A DNA stretch of 64,000 nt. Source: an uncultured Actinomycetota bacterium. Lineage in GTDB: Bacteria; Actinomycetota; Actinomycetes; Mycobacteriales; Jatrophihabitantaceae. The stretch is taken from NCBI GenBank assembly GCA_963850835.1, contig CAWKNB010000021.1:8525-72524 (forward strand), given 5' to 3'. Of this stretch, positions 49,993 to 59,325 are shown one piece after another. Numbering within the stretch: the stretch's first letter is position 1; each line of letters opens with the position of its first letter. The position numbers and the translations under genes are program-made. Below the pieces are notes generated by a model, which worked only from the letters and a program-made list of their open reading frames with translations, searched no databases and was not told the origin of the DNA.

Positions 49993-50810
49993 CCGCGGCC
50001 CCGGAGGCGCCGAGTAGGTCGTCGGGCAACGCGCCGATCGCTGTCGAGATCAACGGCGTTCGCAAGCAGTTCGCCGGCCGCTCCCGACGGTCGGCGGGTC
50101 GCCTCGCGCTCGACGGGTTCGATCTGACCGTGCGCGAGGGCGAGTTCCTGTGCCTGCTCGGCCCGTCCGGGTGCGGCAAGTCGACGCTGCTCAACCTGCT
50201 CGCCGGCTTCTCCGATGCCGACGGCGGCGAGGTGCTGGTGGACGGGTCCCCGGTGCGCGGCCCGGGCACCGACCGGGGCGTGCTCTTCCAGACACCGATG
50301 CTCTTCCCGTGGCTCACCGCGCTGGACAACGTCCTCTACGGCCCGCGTGCCCGCCACGAGAGCGGCAAGCAGGTGCGCGATCGGGCGATCGAACTGCTCG
50401 AGACGGTGGGCCTCGGCAGTGCGGTGCACTCCTACCCGCACGAGCTGTCCGGCGGCATGCGGCACCGGGCCGCGTTCGCCCGGGTGCTGATCAACAAACC
50501 GAAGCTGCTGCTCATGGACGAGCCGTTCGGTGCGCTCGACGCGATCACCCGGGTGGCCATGCAGAGGTTCCTGCTCGATCTGTGGCAACGCGAACGGATC
50601 ACGATCGTGTTCGTCACCCACGACGTCGAGGAGGCCGCGCTGCTCGGCGACCGGGTGTGCGTCATGACCGGCAGCCCCGGACGTGCCCGGTTGCAGTTGA
50701 CCGTCGACCTGCCGCGCCCGCGCACCATCGAGACCACCGAGACGCTCGAGTTCGTGCGCATCAAGCGCCAGATCCGCGAGGCCCTCGAAAGCAGGGAGGA
50801 CGAGCGATGA
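49989..50810 (+). CDS. Taurine/sulfonate ABC ATP-binding protein (TauB-like)
   Basis: LGPSGCGKST, LFPWLTALDNV, ELSGGMRHR, LLMDEPFGALD and FVTHDVEEA; GTGA overlap. Confidence 0.9.
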   Translation: MTAAPEAPSRSSGNAPIAVEINGVRKQFAGRSRRSAGRLALDGFDLTVREGEFLCLLGPSGCGKSTLLNLLAGFSDADGGEVLVDGSPVRGPGTDRGVLFQTPMLFPWLTALDNVLYGPRARHESGKQVRDRAIELLETVGLGSAVHSYPHELSGGMRHRAAFARVLINKPKLLLMDEPFGALDAITRVAMQRFLLDLWQRERITIVFVTHDVEEAALLGDRVCVMTGSPGRARLQLTVDLPRPRTIETTETLEFVRIKRQIREALESREDER

Positions 50811-51662
50811 GTGACACCGACGTGCAGGAGGACTACAAGGTCGTCGTCGACGACGCGGACCTGGAGCTGGCCGAGCCGCGGCAGCGGCGCCGTTTCTCCT
50901 GGGCCCGCATCGGGTTCGGCGTGCTCGGCCTGCTGGTGTTCCTCGCGATCTGGCAGATCGCCGCCCTGATCAAGGACGACCCGGCGATCCTGCCGACGGT
51001 GCCGGCAACGGCAAAGACCTTCTGGCACTACCTGTTCAACGACTACCCGTCCGTCGGCGGACACACGCTTGTGGGGCACGCGCTCACGAGCACGCGCCGC
51101 ATCCTGACGGGCTGGGCCATCGGCGTGATCATCGGCGTGGCACTCGGCGGGGCCGATGGCCTCGCTACGCGTCCTGCGGTTCATGGTCGACCCGATCATC
51201 GAGCTCACCAGGCCGCTGCCGCCGCTGGCCTTTCTTCCGCTGCTCATCGTCTGGTTGGGCATCGACGACGCCCGAAGATCACGTTGATCGTCATCGGCGT
51301 CACCCCGATCATCACCATCGCGACGGTCACGGCGCTCGATGCCGTCCCACAGGAGCTGGTGCAGGCGAGTCGCAGCCTCGGGGCGTCGCCGCTCTGGTCG
51401 TTGCTGCACCGTGCGCCTGCGCGCCGCGTTACCGACGATCATCACGGGCATGCGCCTGGCCATGGGCGGCGCGTGGACCAGCATCGTGGCCGCCGAGCTC
51501 ATAGCCAGCACGAGCGGCCTGGGCTACCTGATCAATCAGGCCGGCCAGAACCTGCAGATGTCCCTGCTCGTCAGCGGCATCGTGGCAATCGCCATCATCG
51601 GGCTCGCGCTCGACAGCCTGTTGCGGCTGCTGCACCGCCGCACCGACCCCACCAGCCGGTAG
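50807..51662 (+). CDS. Taurine/sulfonate ABC permease (TauC/SsuC-like), about 3 frameshifts (~51150, ~51270, ~51410)
   Basis: Pieces STRRILTGW, PIIELTRPLPPLAFLPL, ASRSLGAS and GGAWTSIVAAELIASTSGLGY. Confidence 0.82.
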
Positions 51663-51666
51663 CAGC

Positions 51667-52795
51667 ATGTCTTTGCACCTGCACTGGTACCTGCCCACCA
51701 ACGGCGACGGGCGCGGGATCGTGGGCTCCGGCCGGGCCGGAGCGGGCGGTGTCGGCGAGACCTACGCCGTGGAACGGCAGCCGACCATCGACTACCTCGG
51801 CCAGATCGCCCGCTCGGTCGAGCAACTCGGCTTCGAGGCGGTGCTCACGCCGACCGGTAGTTGGTGCGAGGACGCGTGGCTCACGACGGCGGCGCTGTCG
51901 CAGGTGACCAAACGCTTGAAGTTCCTCGTCGCGTTCCGACCGGGTTTCATCAGCCCGACGCTGGCCGCGCAGCAGGCCGCAGACCTTCCAGCGGATCAGC
52001 GGGGGACGGCTGCTGCTCAACGTGGTCACCGGCGGCGATCCCATCGAACAGCGGCGCTTCGGCGACTTCCTGGCCCATGACGAGCGGTACGCGCGGACCG
52101 CCGAGTTCCTCCAGGTGTTGCGCGGCGCGAGCAGCGGTACGCCGTTCGACTTCACCGGGGACCATTTCCGGGTCGAGGGTGCGACCGCCGCGCTGAGCCC
52201 CTGGGGGATGCCGCCGCTGTTCTTCGGCGGCGCGAGCCCGGCTGCGGAGAACGTCGCCGCGAGCCACGTCGACGTCTACCTCGCCTGGGGTGAGACACCG
52301 CCGCAGATCAAACAACGGCTGGACCGGATGCGCGAAAAAGCCGCAACGGCGGGCCGCGAGCTCACCTTCGGGATTCGCCTGCACGTGCTCAGCCGGGACA
52401 CCGCGAAGCAGGCCTGGGCCGAGGCGCAACGCATGGTCGATGATCTCGACCCGGCCCGGGTCGCCGAGGTGCAGGCGCAACTCGCCGCGATGGACTCGGT
52501 GGGGCAACGCCGCATGCAGACGCTGCACAGCGGCGGGCGCCGCGACGAACTGGAGATCTACCCCAACCTGTGGGCCGGCTACGGGCTGGTCCGCGGCGGG
52601 GCCGGCACCGCGCTCGTCGGCAGCCACGAGGAGGTCGCCGAGCGACTCGAGGAATATCACGCCCTCGGCATCGATCACGCCATCCTGTCGGGTCAGCCGC
52701 ATCTGGAGGAGGCGTACTGGTTCGGCGAGGGTCCCGGCCGGTTGCTTCGCCAGCAGGGTGTCGTGGCCGCCGAGGCGAGGTCAGCGGCCGGGTAA
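51667..52795 (+). CDS. ssuD: Alkanesulfonate monooxygenase-like LLM enzyme, frameshift ~51980
   Basis: HWYLPTNGD, LTPTGSWCEDAW, FLVAFRPG, LNVVTGGD, LEIYPNLWAG, GGAGTALVGSH and EEAYWFGE. Confidence 0.85.
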
Positions 52796-54055
52796 CCCGG
52801 CTGCCTGGTGAATCGCCGGGCCGGCGTAGAGGGCGGCGTGCCCCGACGCCACACGTCCGGCGCGGACCTCGTCCACCGCTGCCCGGAGGGCCTCGACCAG
52901 ATCGGGCATCACCCGCGCATGCAGCGGCGAGAGCATGACATGCAAACCGCCCGGCTGCCGGTTGAGCCACCAGCGACGATCTTCGAGCGCGTCACCAACC
53001 GCCGCCATGTCGAGGGTGTCACTCGTGAACTGCAGCACCGGGCCGTCCGGCGGCGCGGTCAGGCGCAGGCCGTCGATCGTTTCGACGGCGCCGACCAACG
53101 CGCGCCGCGCGGCCAGCACCGCTTGTGCCTTGGCGCGGTAGCCGGCATGCCCGTGATACGTCAGCGCCGCCCATGCTCCGGCAATCGGCGGCGCGGGGCG
53201 CGTGCCCGCTGGTGTCGGGGTGGCGTACAGACCACCACCCCATACCTGGTCGTCGAACCAGATCCGTTTGCCTGCGAGCTCCGGCGTGCCGAACGCGATG
53301 ATCGAAGCGCCCTTGAAGCTGTATCCGTACTTGTGTACGTCGGCGCTGATACTCGTCACTCCGGGGACGCGGAAGTCCCAGGGCGGCACCGGTTCACCGA
53401 GCTCCTCGAAGAACGGCAGCACCAACCCACCCAGACACGCGTCCACATGACACAAGATGTCGCGTTCGAGCGCGAGCCGGGCGACCGGCCCGACCGGATC
53501 GACCACGCCGAACGGGTAGCACGGTGCGCTGGCGACGAGCAGCGCTGTGTCCGCTGTGATCGCCGCCGCCAGGGCCTCGGCGTTCAAGCGTTTGTCGGCG
53601 CCGACAGGTACCCGGACCTGCTCGATGTCGAGCAGGTGACACGCTTTGGCGAACGCCGGATGGGCCGTGGTCGCGGTGATGATCTGCGGGTACTCGATCC
53701 CACGCTCGTGGGCGACGGTGCGCGCGACCGCGACCGCGACGAAGATGGACTCGGTGCCGCCGCTGGTGAGCCCGGCCGCGCCCGCCGGACCGTGGAGCAA
53801 CCCGCTCACCATGTCGGTCGCCTGGATCTCCAACCGGGCAAGGCTCGGGAACTTCATCGGATTCAGGGCGTTCTCGGCGAGGTACTCATTGCTCACCTGC
53901 CGGAGCAGATCCTCGAGGACCGGATCGTCCGGCGGGAAGATCAGGCTGAAGATGCGGCCCTGCCGCCACGGCGCGTCGCCATCACGGTTGGCCCGCAGCC
54001 GCGCCATGACCTCGCCTGGCTCGGTGCCGTCCTCGGGCAACCCGTGGTCGCTCAC
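52781..54055 (-). CDS. Group II PLP enzyme, sphingosine-1-phosphate-lyase-like
   Basis: TSGGTESI, AHPAFAKA, PCYPFGVVDP, CHVDACLGG, SISADVHKYGY (PLP Lys) and WGGGLYATPT.AGTRP; GTGA overlap with the upstream DsbA-fold gene. Confidence 0.85.
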   Translation of the reverse strand: MSDHGLPEDGTEPGEVMARLRANRDGDAPWRQGRIFSLIFPPDDPVLEDLLRQVSNEYLAENALNPMKFPSLARLEIQATDMVSGLLHGPAGAAGLTSGGTESIFVAVAVARTVAHERGIEYPQIITATTAHPAFAKACHLLDIEQVRVPVGADKRLNAEALAAAITADTALLVASAPCYPFGVVDPVGPVARLALERDILCHVDACLGGLVLPFFEELGEPVPPWDFRVPGVTSISADVHKYGYSFKGASIIAFGTPELAGKRIWFDDQVWGGGLYATPTPAGTRPAPPIAGAWAALTYHGHAGYRAKAQAVLAARRALVGAVETIDGLRLTAPPDGPVLQFTSDTLDMAAVGDALEDRRWWLNRQPGGLHVMLSPLHARVMPDLVEALRAAVDEVRAGRVASGHAALYAGPAIHQAAGLPGR

Positions 54056-54660
54056 CGCGGGATGGTCGTGCGTTTGAACTCGTTGAGGTCGGTCCAGCCG
54101 GACAACAGGTCCACGACCCGTTCGACGGTCCGGATCGATGCGGCCGCGGCGGAACCGAGCGGGGCACGGTCCATCAGCCGGACGAACACGGCCTGGTCGC
54201 CGGCAACGAAGGTGGGCACGCCCCACAAGCTGTGCGACTCGGCGTGGCGCACGTGCTCGGCCCGGACCCGGCGGAGGGCTTCGCCGGAATCGACCAGGGC
54301 GAAGACCGGCCCGGACGGCACATCGTTGCCCTCGAGCACGCGCGCGACGGCGGCTCGGTCGTCGAGCTGCTTGGCCTCGTCGTGGCGCAACGCGAACAGC
54401 GCACGGTGCACGGCAGCGAACTCGTCGGGGTGCTCATCGCGTACCACGACACCGACCTGCAGCGCGAAAATGCCGGTGTCCTGCTCGGGCTTGTCCCAGA
54501 CATCGGGTTGGCCCTCCTCGACATGAACCTGCCCCAACGAGAAGGGCACGAAGCCGACCTGCCAGTCGGCTCCAGCAGCCAGACCGGTGAGAACGTGTTC
54601 GTGCGCGTTGCGCGCGAACGGGCAGCGGTAGTCCCAAGTGACGTCGAACGACGTTGTCAT
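54052..54660 (-). CDS. DsbA/thioredoxin-fold protein, single Cys (CPFA)
   Basis: VTWDYRCPFA and WGVPTF (cis-Pro loop). Confidence 0.8.
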   Translation of the reverse strand: MTTSFDVTWDYRCPFARNAHEHVLTGLAAGADWQVGFVPFSLGQVHVEEGQPDVWDKPEQDTGIFALQVGVVVRDEHPDEFAAVHRALFALRHDEAKQLDDRAAVARVLEGNDVPSGPVFALVDSGEALRRVRAEHVRHAESHSLWGVPTFVAGDQAVFVRLMDRAPLGSAAAASIRTVERVVDLLSGWTDLNEFKRTTIPR

Positions 54661-54694
54661 GCCAACCCAACCCAACGCTCATGCACAGATATTC

Positions 54695-54711
54695 CCTACT
54701 TGTCCAGTAGA
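54695..54711. promoter_or_regulatory. Palindromic operator copy D (CCTA-N9-TAGA)
   Basis: CCTACTTGTCCAGTAGA, upstream of the dsbA-like gene. Confidence 0.55.
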
Positions 54712-54764
54712 GATTACGAAGACCGCCGCGTCAACAAGCGAGCAGGCGGTCCACGGGTTATATT

Positions 54765-54783
54765 CCTATCAATTTTATAGACA
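54765..54783. promoter_or_regulatory. Palindromic operator copy E (CCTA-N9-TAGACA)
   Basis: CCTATCAATTTTATAGACA, immediately before the SD AGGAG of the FAD/TPR gene. Confidence 0.75.
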
Positions 54784-54796
54784 TAGGAGCACACCG

Positions 54797-57466
54797 ATGA
54801 GCACTCGGGCCGTCATCGCGGTGGTCGGTGCGGGCGCGAGCGGCACGCTCGCCGCGGCGCACCTTGCCCGCGAGGCAGCGAGCCGTCAGCGGGCGCTCGA
54901 CATCGTGGTGTTCGACTCCCAGCCGGCCGGACGTGGCGTCGCCTACTCGACGACGGATCCGCGACATCGACTCAATGTCGCGGCCAAAGGGATGAGCGCG
55001 TGGCCGGACGACGGTGACCACTTCCTGCGCTGGCTGCGCCGGCACGTGGCGGCGGACTTTCCCGTAGGCGGCTTCGCGCCTCGCATTCACTACGCGCAAT
55101 ACCTCGCCGACGTGCTCGACACGGCCGCCCGCGCATCCGCGCAGGTCCATCTCGACATCGTGCGCGCGCGAGTGACCGACGTGACCGTGATCGGCCGCCG
55201 GCTCCGCATCTCGCTCGATGACGGCCGCAGTCGGCCGGCAGACGCCGTCGTGCTGGCACTCGGGCACGGTGAACCCGCCACCGGTTGGGTGCCGGCCGAA
55301 CTCCGCCGCAGTCCACGGTTCGTGGCCGACCCGTGGCGCACGACTCCGGACATCCAACTCGAGTTCGGCGACGACGTCGTCGTTGTCGGCGCTGGCCTCA
55401 CCGCGCTCGACCTGGCCCAGCAATGGGGACGCTCCGGAACTCGCGTGCACGTCGTGTCACGGCACGGAATGCTGCCGTTGCCGCACGCGACGTCACCGGC
55501 ATCGGCCGTACCCTCCGTCGACGCTCTGGCACCGACCGTTGCCGCAGCACGGCGATCGGTGTTCACCGCCATCAGGAAGGCCGACGGAGACTGGCGACGC
55601 GTCGTCGACGGACTGCGACCGGTCACTGCCGATACGTGGGCCGGCTGGGCCGAGGGCGAACGGCGGACGTTCCTGCGCGCGGCGTGTCGTCGCTGGGATC
55701 GAGTCCGGCATCGCATCGATCCTGCCCTGCATGCCTGGGTCGAGCAGCGCCGTGCCGACGGGTCCCTGGTCGTGCACGACGGCACAGTGGCCGCTGCCTC
55801 GACCGACGGCGACCACCCAGTGCTCAGCTTGACCGACGGGTCCGTCATCCGCGCCGCGGCGGTATTGAACTGCACCGGCAGTTGCACCAGCATCGACCGC
55901 AGTTCGGACCCGCTGATGATGAACCTGCTGACCAATGGGCTCGTCACCTCCGGCCCGTTGGATCTGGGCCTGGCGACCGACGGACGAGGAAGACTGCGCG
56001 GCAGCGGCGGCGCCGCGCCCATGTGGACATTGGGTCCGCTGCGGCGCGGACAACTGTGGGAAAGCACTGCAGTTCCGGAGATCCGCGCTCAAGCACAGCA
56101 GCTGGCGGTCGATGTGCTCACCGCGCTGCCGCCCGAGACCGTGCGGCGCCGCCCGCGCGATCCCTACGGGCTGCCGATCAGCGCATCGTCGTCGGCCGCT
56201 GCGCAGTACGTGAAAGCGCTGCACCGCATCCTTCGGGTGCAGTCCGGCGCCGAGACCCTCGTGGCAGATGCGGTCCAGGCGGACCCGCAGTTCGCGCTCG
56301 GCCATGCGGTCCTCGCGCTGCTCGGCACCGAATGGGGTGCTGACGTCGATGCGACAGAATCGCTCGCGGCCGCACAAGCGCTCAGCGGTAACGCCGACGA
56401 GCGCGAGCGTCGATTCATCGAGGTTGCTGCCGCTCGAGTGAACGCTCCGGGACAGGCCTCGGCCGCTGCCTTGATCGCTTACCTGCAGTCATATCCCGAA
56501 GACGCGCTCGCGGTCAGTCTGGCGGTACCGACGATCGCTTTCGGCGGAGCCACGGACGTACCGACCGAGGCGTGGGCGCTCGTCGACACGTTGCAACCCG
56601 CCTACGGTGACGACTGGTGGTATCTCGGGCTGCTCGCCTTCACCCGTCAGGAACAGGAACGCTTCGCCGAGGCCGGCGAACTTGCCGCGCGTGCACTCGC
56701 ACTCGAACCAGCGTCAGGGCACGCAGTCCATGCGCAGGCCCACGTGCACTATGAAACCGGCAAACACCGCGCCGGGCTGGCCTGGCTGGACGCATGGATC
56801 GCAACCTGCGGCGCCAGGGCGTCGCACCTGGCTCACTTCTCCTGGCACGCCGCACTGCACGAGCTTGCGCTCGACGACGCAGCGGCGGCGGTGGCGCGCT
56901 ATCGAGCGCAGTTGGCGCCGCCGGCGGCCAGCGGGATGCGTGCACTGGTCGATTCGGCGTCGCTCGTGTGGCGGATCCGGATGACCGGGGCCGGCAGGAT
57001 CGCCAACGTCGCCGACGTGCTCGACAGCGTGCCGGAGCGACTCCTGATCGCGCCACCCACACCGTTCGCCGCGCTGCACGCTGCAATCGCGCTCGCCGGC
57101 GCCGGCGATTGCCACCGACTGGTGGCGTTGCGTCGCTATGCCCGCACGCGCCCCGGTGCGCTGGCCGACATCGTCGCGCCGTTCGCCGATGCGTTGAGCG
57201 ATCTGGTTCACGACGACCCACAAGGCGCGCTGGAGACCCTGCTCGGTCTCGGTCCGGCCGAGGCGTGGGTGCCACTCGGCGGCAGCGCCGCCCAACGTGA
57301 GATCGTGCAAGAGACGCTGATCCATTGCGCAGCTGCCGCCGGTCGCCTCGACCTCGCTGCCGACATCCTGGCGAGCCGCATCGATCGCCGCAACTCCCCC
57401 GCGGACCGTCGTCGGCGCGAGCAGCTCGTGCACACAGCGACTCCGCAAACCCGTGACGCCGGCTGA
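54797..57466 (+). CDS. FAD/NAD(P)-binding protein (YdhS-like) fused to a TTC38-like TPR domain
   Basis: Two Rossmann motifs (VVGAGASG, VVGAGLTALD), GRGVAYST and LGPLRRGQLWESTAVPEIR, then HAVHAQAHVHYE, HFSWHAAL, LVDSASLVWR and GGSAAQRE. One uninterrupted ORF. Confidence 0.85.
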   Translation: MSTRAVIAVVGAGASGTLAAAHLAREAASRQRALDIVVFDSQPAGRGVAYSTTDPRHRLNVAAKGMSAWPDDGDHFLRWLRRHVAADFPVGGFAPRIHYAQYLADVLDTAARASAQVHLDIVRARVTDVTVIGRRLRISLDDGRSRPADAVVLALGHGEPATGWVPAELRRSPRFVADPWRTTPDIQLEFGDDVVVVGAGLTALDLAQQWGRSGTRVHVVSRHGMLPLPHATSPASAVPSVDALAPTVAAARRSVFTAIRKADGDWRRVVDGLRPVTADTWAGWAEGERRTFLRAACRRWDRVRHRIDPALHAWVEQRRADGSLVVHDGTVAAASTDGDHPVLSLTDGSVIRAAAVLNCTGSCTSIDRSSDPLMMNLLTNGLVTSGPLDLGLATDGRGRLRGSGGAAPMWTLGPLRRGQLWESTAVPEIRAQAQQLAVDVLTALPPETVRRRPRDPYGLPISASSSAAAQYVKALHRILRVQSGAETLVADAVQADPQFALGHAVLALLGTEWGADVDATESLAAAQALSGNADERERRFIEVAAARVNAPGQASAAALIAYLQSYPEDALAVSLAVPTIAFGGATDVPTEAWALVDTLQPAYGDDWWYLGLLAFTRQEQERFAEAGELAARALALEPASGHAVHAQAHVHYETGKHRAGLAWLDAWIATCGARASHLAHFSWHAALHELALDDAAAAVARYRAQLAPPAASGMRALVDSASLVWRIRMTGAGRIANVADVLDSVPERLLIAPPTPFAALHAAIALAGAGDCHRLVALRRYARTRPGALADIVAPFADALSDLVHDDPQGALETLLGLGPAEAWVPLGGSAAQREIVQETLIHCAAAAGRLDLAADILASRIDRRNSPADRRRREQLVHTATPQTRDAG

Positions 57467-57500
57467 GTCCGAGCTACGCGAAGTTGCGCCGTGCCGTTGG

Positions 57501-58270
57501 TCAGGCGGTTCGAGCGCCGGTCATGATCGCGACTGCGTCGTCCATCGAATGTGTTGACGGCGAGATCACCGCGGCACGACGACCGAGCCGCTGGACGTGG
57601 ATGCGGTCGGCCAGTTCGAACACACTTGGCATGTCGTGGCTGATCAACACGATCGGCAGGCCGTTCTCGCGCAGCCGCTTGATCAGGTCGACGACCTGGC
57701 CGGACTCGCGCACGCCGAGCGCCGCCGTCGGCTCGTCGAGGATGACGACCTTGCTGCCGAACGCGGCCGCGCGCGCGACGGCGACGGCCTGGCGCTGCCC
57801 GCCGGACAGCGTCTCGACCGCCTGGGTGATGTCCTGCAGCGTGGCGATGCCGAGAGCCTTGACCTGCTCCTGCGCCTGCTCGCGCATGCGTGGCGGTGTC
57901 GAGGAAGCGGAACGCTCGCCCGAGCGGGTCCGCTGCGGCGGATCTCCCGGCCGAGGTACATGTTCGAGGCGATGTCGAGCGCCGGCGCGACGGCGAGGGT
58001 CTGGTAGACGGTCTCGATCCCTGCGGCCTTCGCCTGCTGCGGCGTGCGGAAGCGCACCGGCTCGCCGTCGAGCAGGATCTCGCCCTCATCCGGGACGGCC
58101 GCCCCGGACAGGCACTTGATCAGCGACGACTTGCCGGCGCCGTTGTCGCCGATGACGGCGAGGATCTCGCCCGGCAGCAGTTCGAAGTCGGCGCCGCGCA
58201 GCGCCGCCACCCGTCCGTAGAACTGCCAGAGGCCTTTCGCCTGCAGCACCGGGGTCTTCTCGTCGCTCAT
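57501..58270 (-). CDS. Sugar ABC ATP-binding protein (FrcA-like), frameshifted
   Basis: IGDNGAGKSSL, ETVYQTLA, LSGGQRQ and ILDEPTAALG, spread over frames. Confidence 0.85.
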
Positions 58271-59319
58271 CTGCGTACCCTCCGGATCCACTGGTCGACG
58301 CTCACCGCGGCGATCACCAGCAGCCCCTCCGCGAGTTGCTGGTACAGGTCGGGCACGCCGGCCAGGGCGAGCCCGTTCTGGAACACCTGCACGATCAGCG
58401 CGCCGAAGAGCGTGCCGATGACGACGCCGCGGCCGCCGAACAGGCTGATGCCGCCGATGACCGCGGCGGTGATGCTGTCGAGGTTGAGCGTTGAGGAGAT
58501 GTTGGTACTGGCGTCGCCGACCCGGCCGATCTGCACCCAGGCGGCGATGCCGTAGACGACGCCCGCGGTGACGTAGACGCTGAAGAGCACCCGCGTGGTC
58601 GGGATGCCCATCAGCCGGGAGGCTTCCTGGTCGTCGCCGACCGCGTAGACGTGCTTGCCCCACGCGGTTCGTGCCCAGCGCCACGCCGACGAGGACGTAG
58701 AGCACGAGCATGATCAGCACGCCGGTGGTGATGTGGAACGTCGCCGAACTTGATGATCTTGCCGGTCCACAGCAGCAAGCTGCCGCTGCGCCGGGGTGAT
58801 GGTCTGGCCGTTCGCGTACTTCAACCCGACGGCGGTGAACACCCCGAGCGTGCCCAGTGTGGCGATGAACGGGGGGATCGCGCAGTTTCGTGACGAGCGG
58901 CGCCGTTGACCAGACCGGTCACGAGCGCCGCGATCAGCCCGATGATGATCGCGAGCGCCGCCGGGACGCCGGAGTTGACGGCGAGACCCGCCATCACCAT
59001 CTGCGAGAGGATCATCGCGGCGCCGACCGAAAGGTCGATGCCGGCGGTGAGGATGATGAGGCTCTGCCCGAGCGCGAGCAGCCCGATGACCGCGACTTCC
59101 TGGAGCATGATCGACAGGTTGGCCAGCTGCACGAACCGGGTGTTGATGCACGCGAACACCACGGCGGCGACGATCAGCACCGCGAGCGGACCGAGGGCCG
59201 GGTGTGCGTGCAGCTGCGCCTGGATCGGATTCTGCCGACGCTGCGGATGCGTCGTCCGGCTCGGCGGGAGAATCGTCCGGCGCGCCGGCAGTCTCTGACG
59301 AGGTGACGCTGGTAGTCAT
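58267..59319 (-). CDS. Sugar ABC permease (FrcC-like), frameshifted
   Basis: ILTAGIDLSVG, PPFIATLG, HVYAVGDD and LDSITAAVIGGISLFGGRG, spread over frames. Confidence 0.85.
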
Positions 59320-59325
59320 GTCGTT

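Noticed and set aside
48900-50810. Apparent 636-aa SBP-ATPase fusion
   Set aside because: An artefact of the frameshift at ~49550. The SBP continues in the 49558 frame to a stop at 49992, and the ATPase has its own GTG at 49989.
54662-54676. (CCAAC)x3 micro-repeat
   Set aside because: Too short, with no spacers or associated genes.
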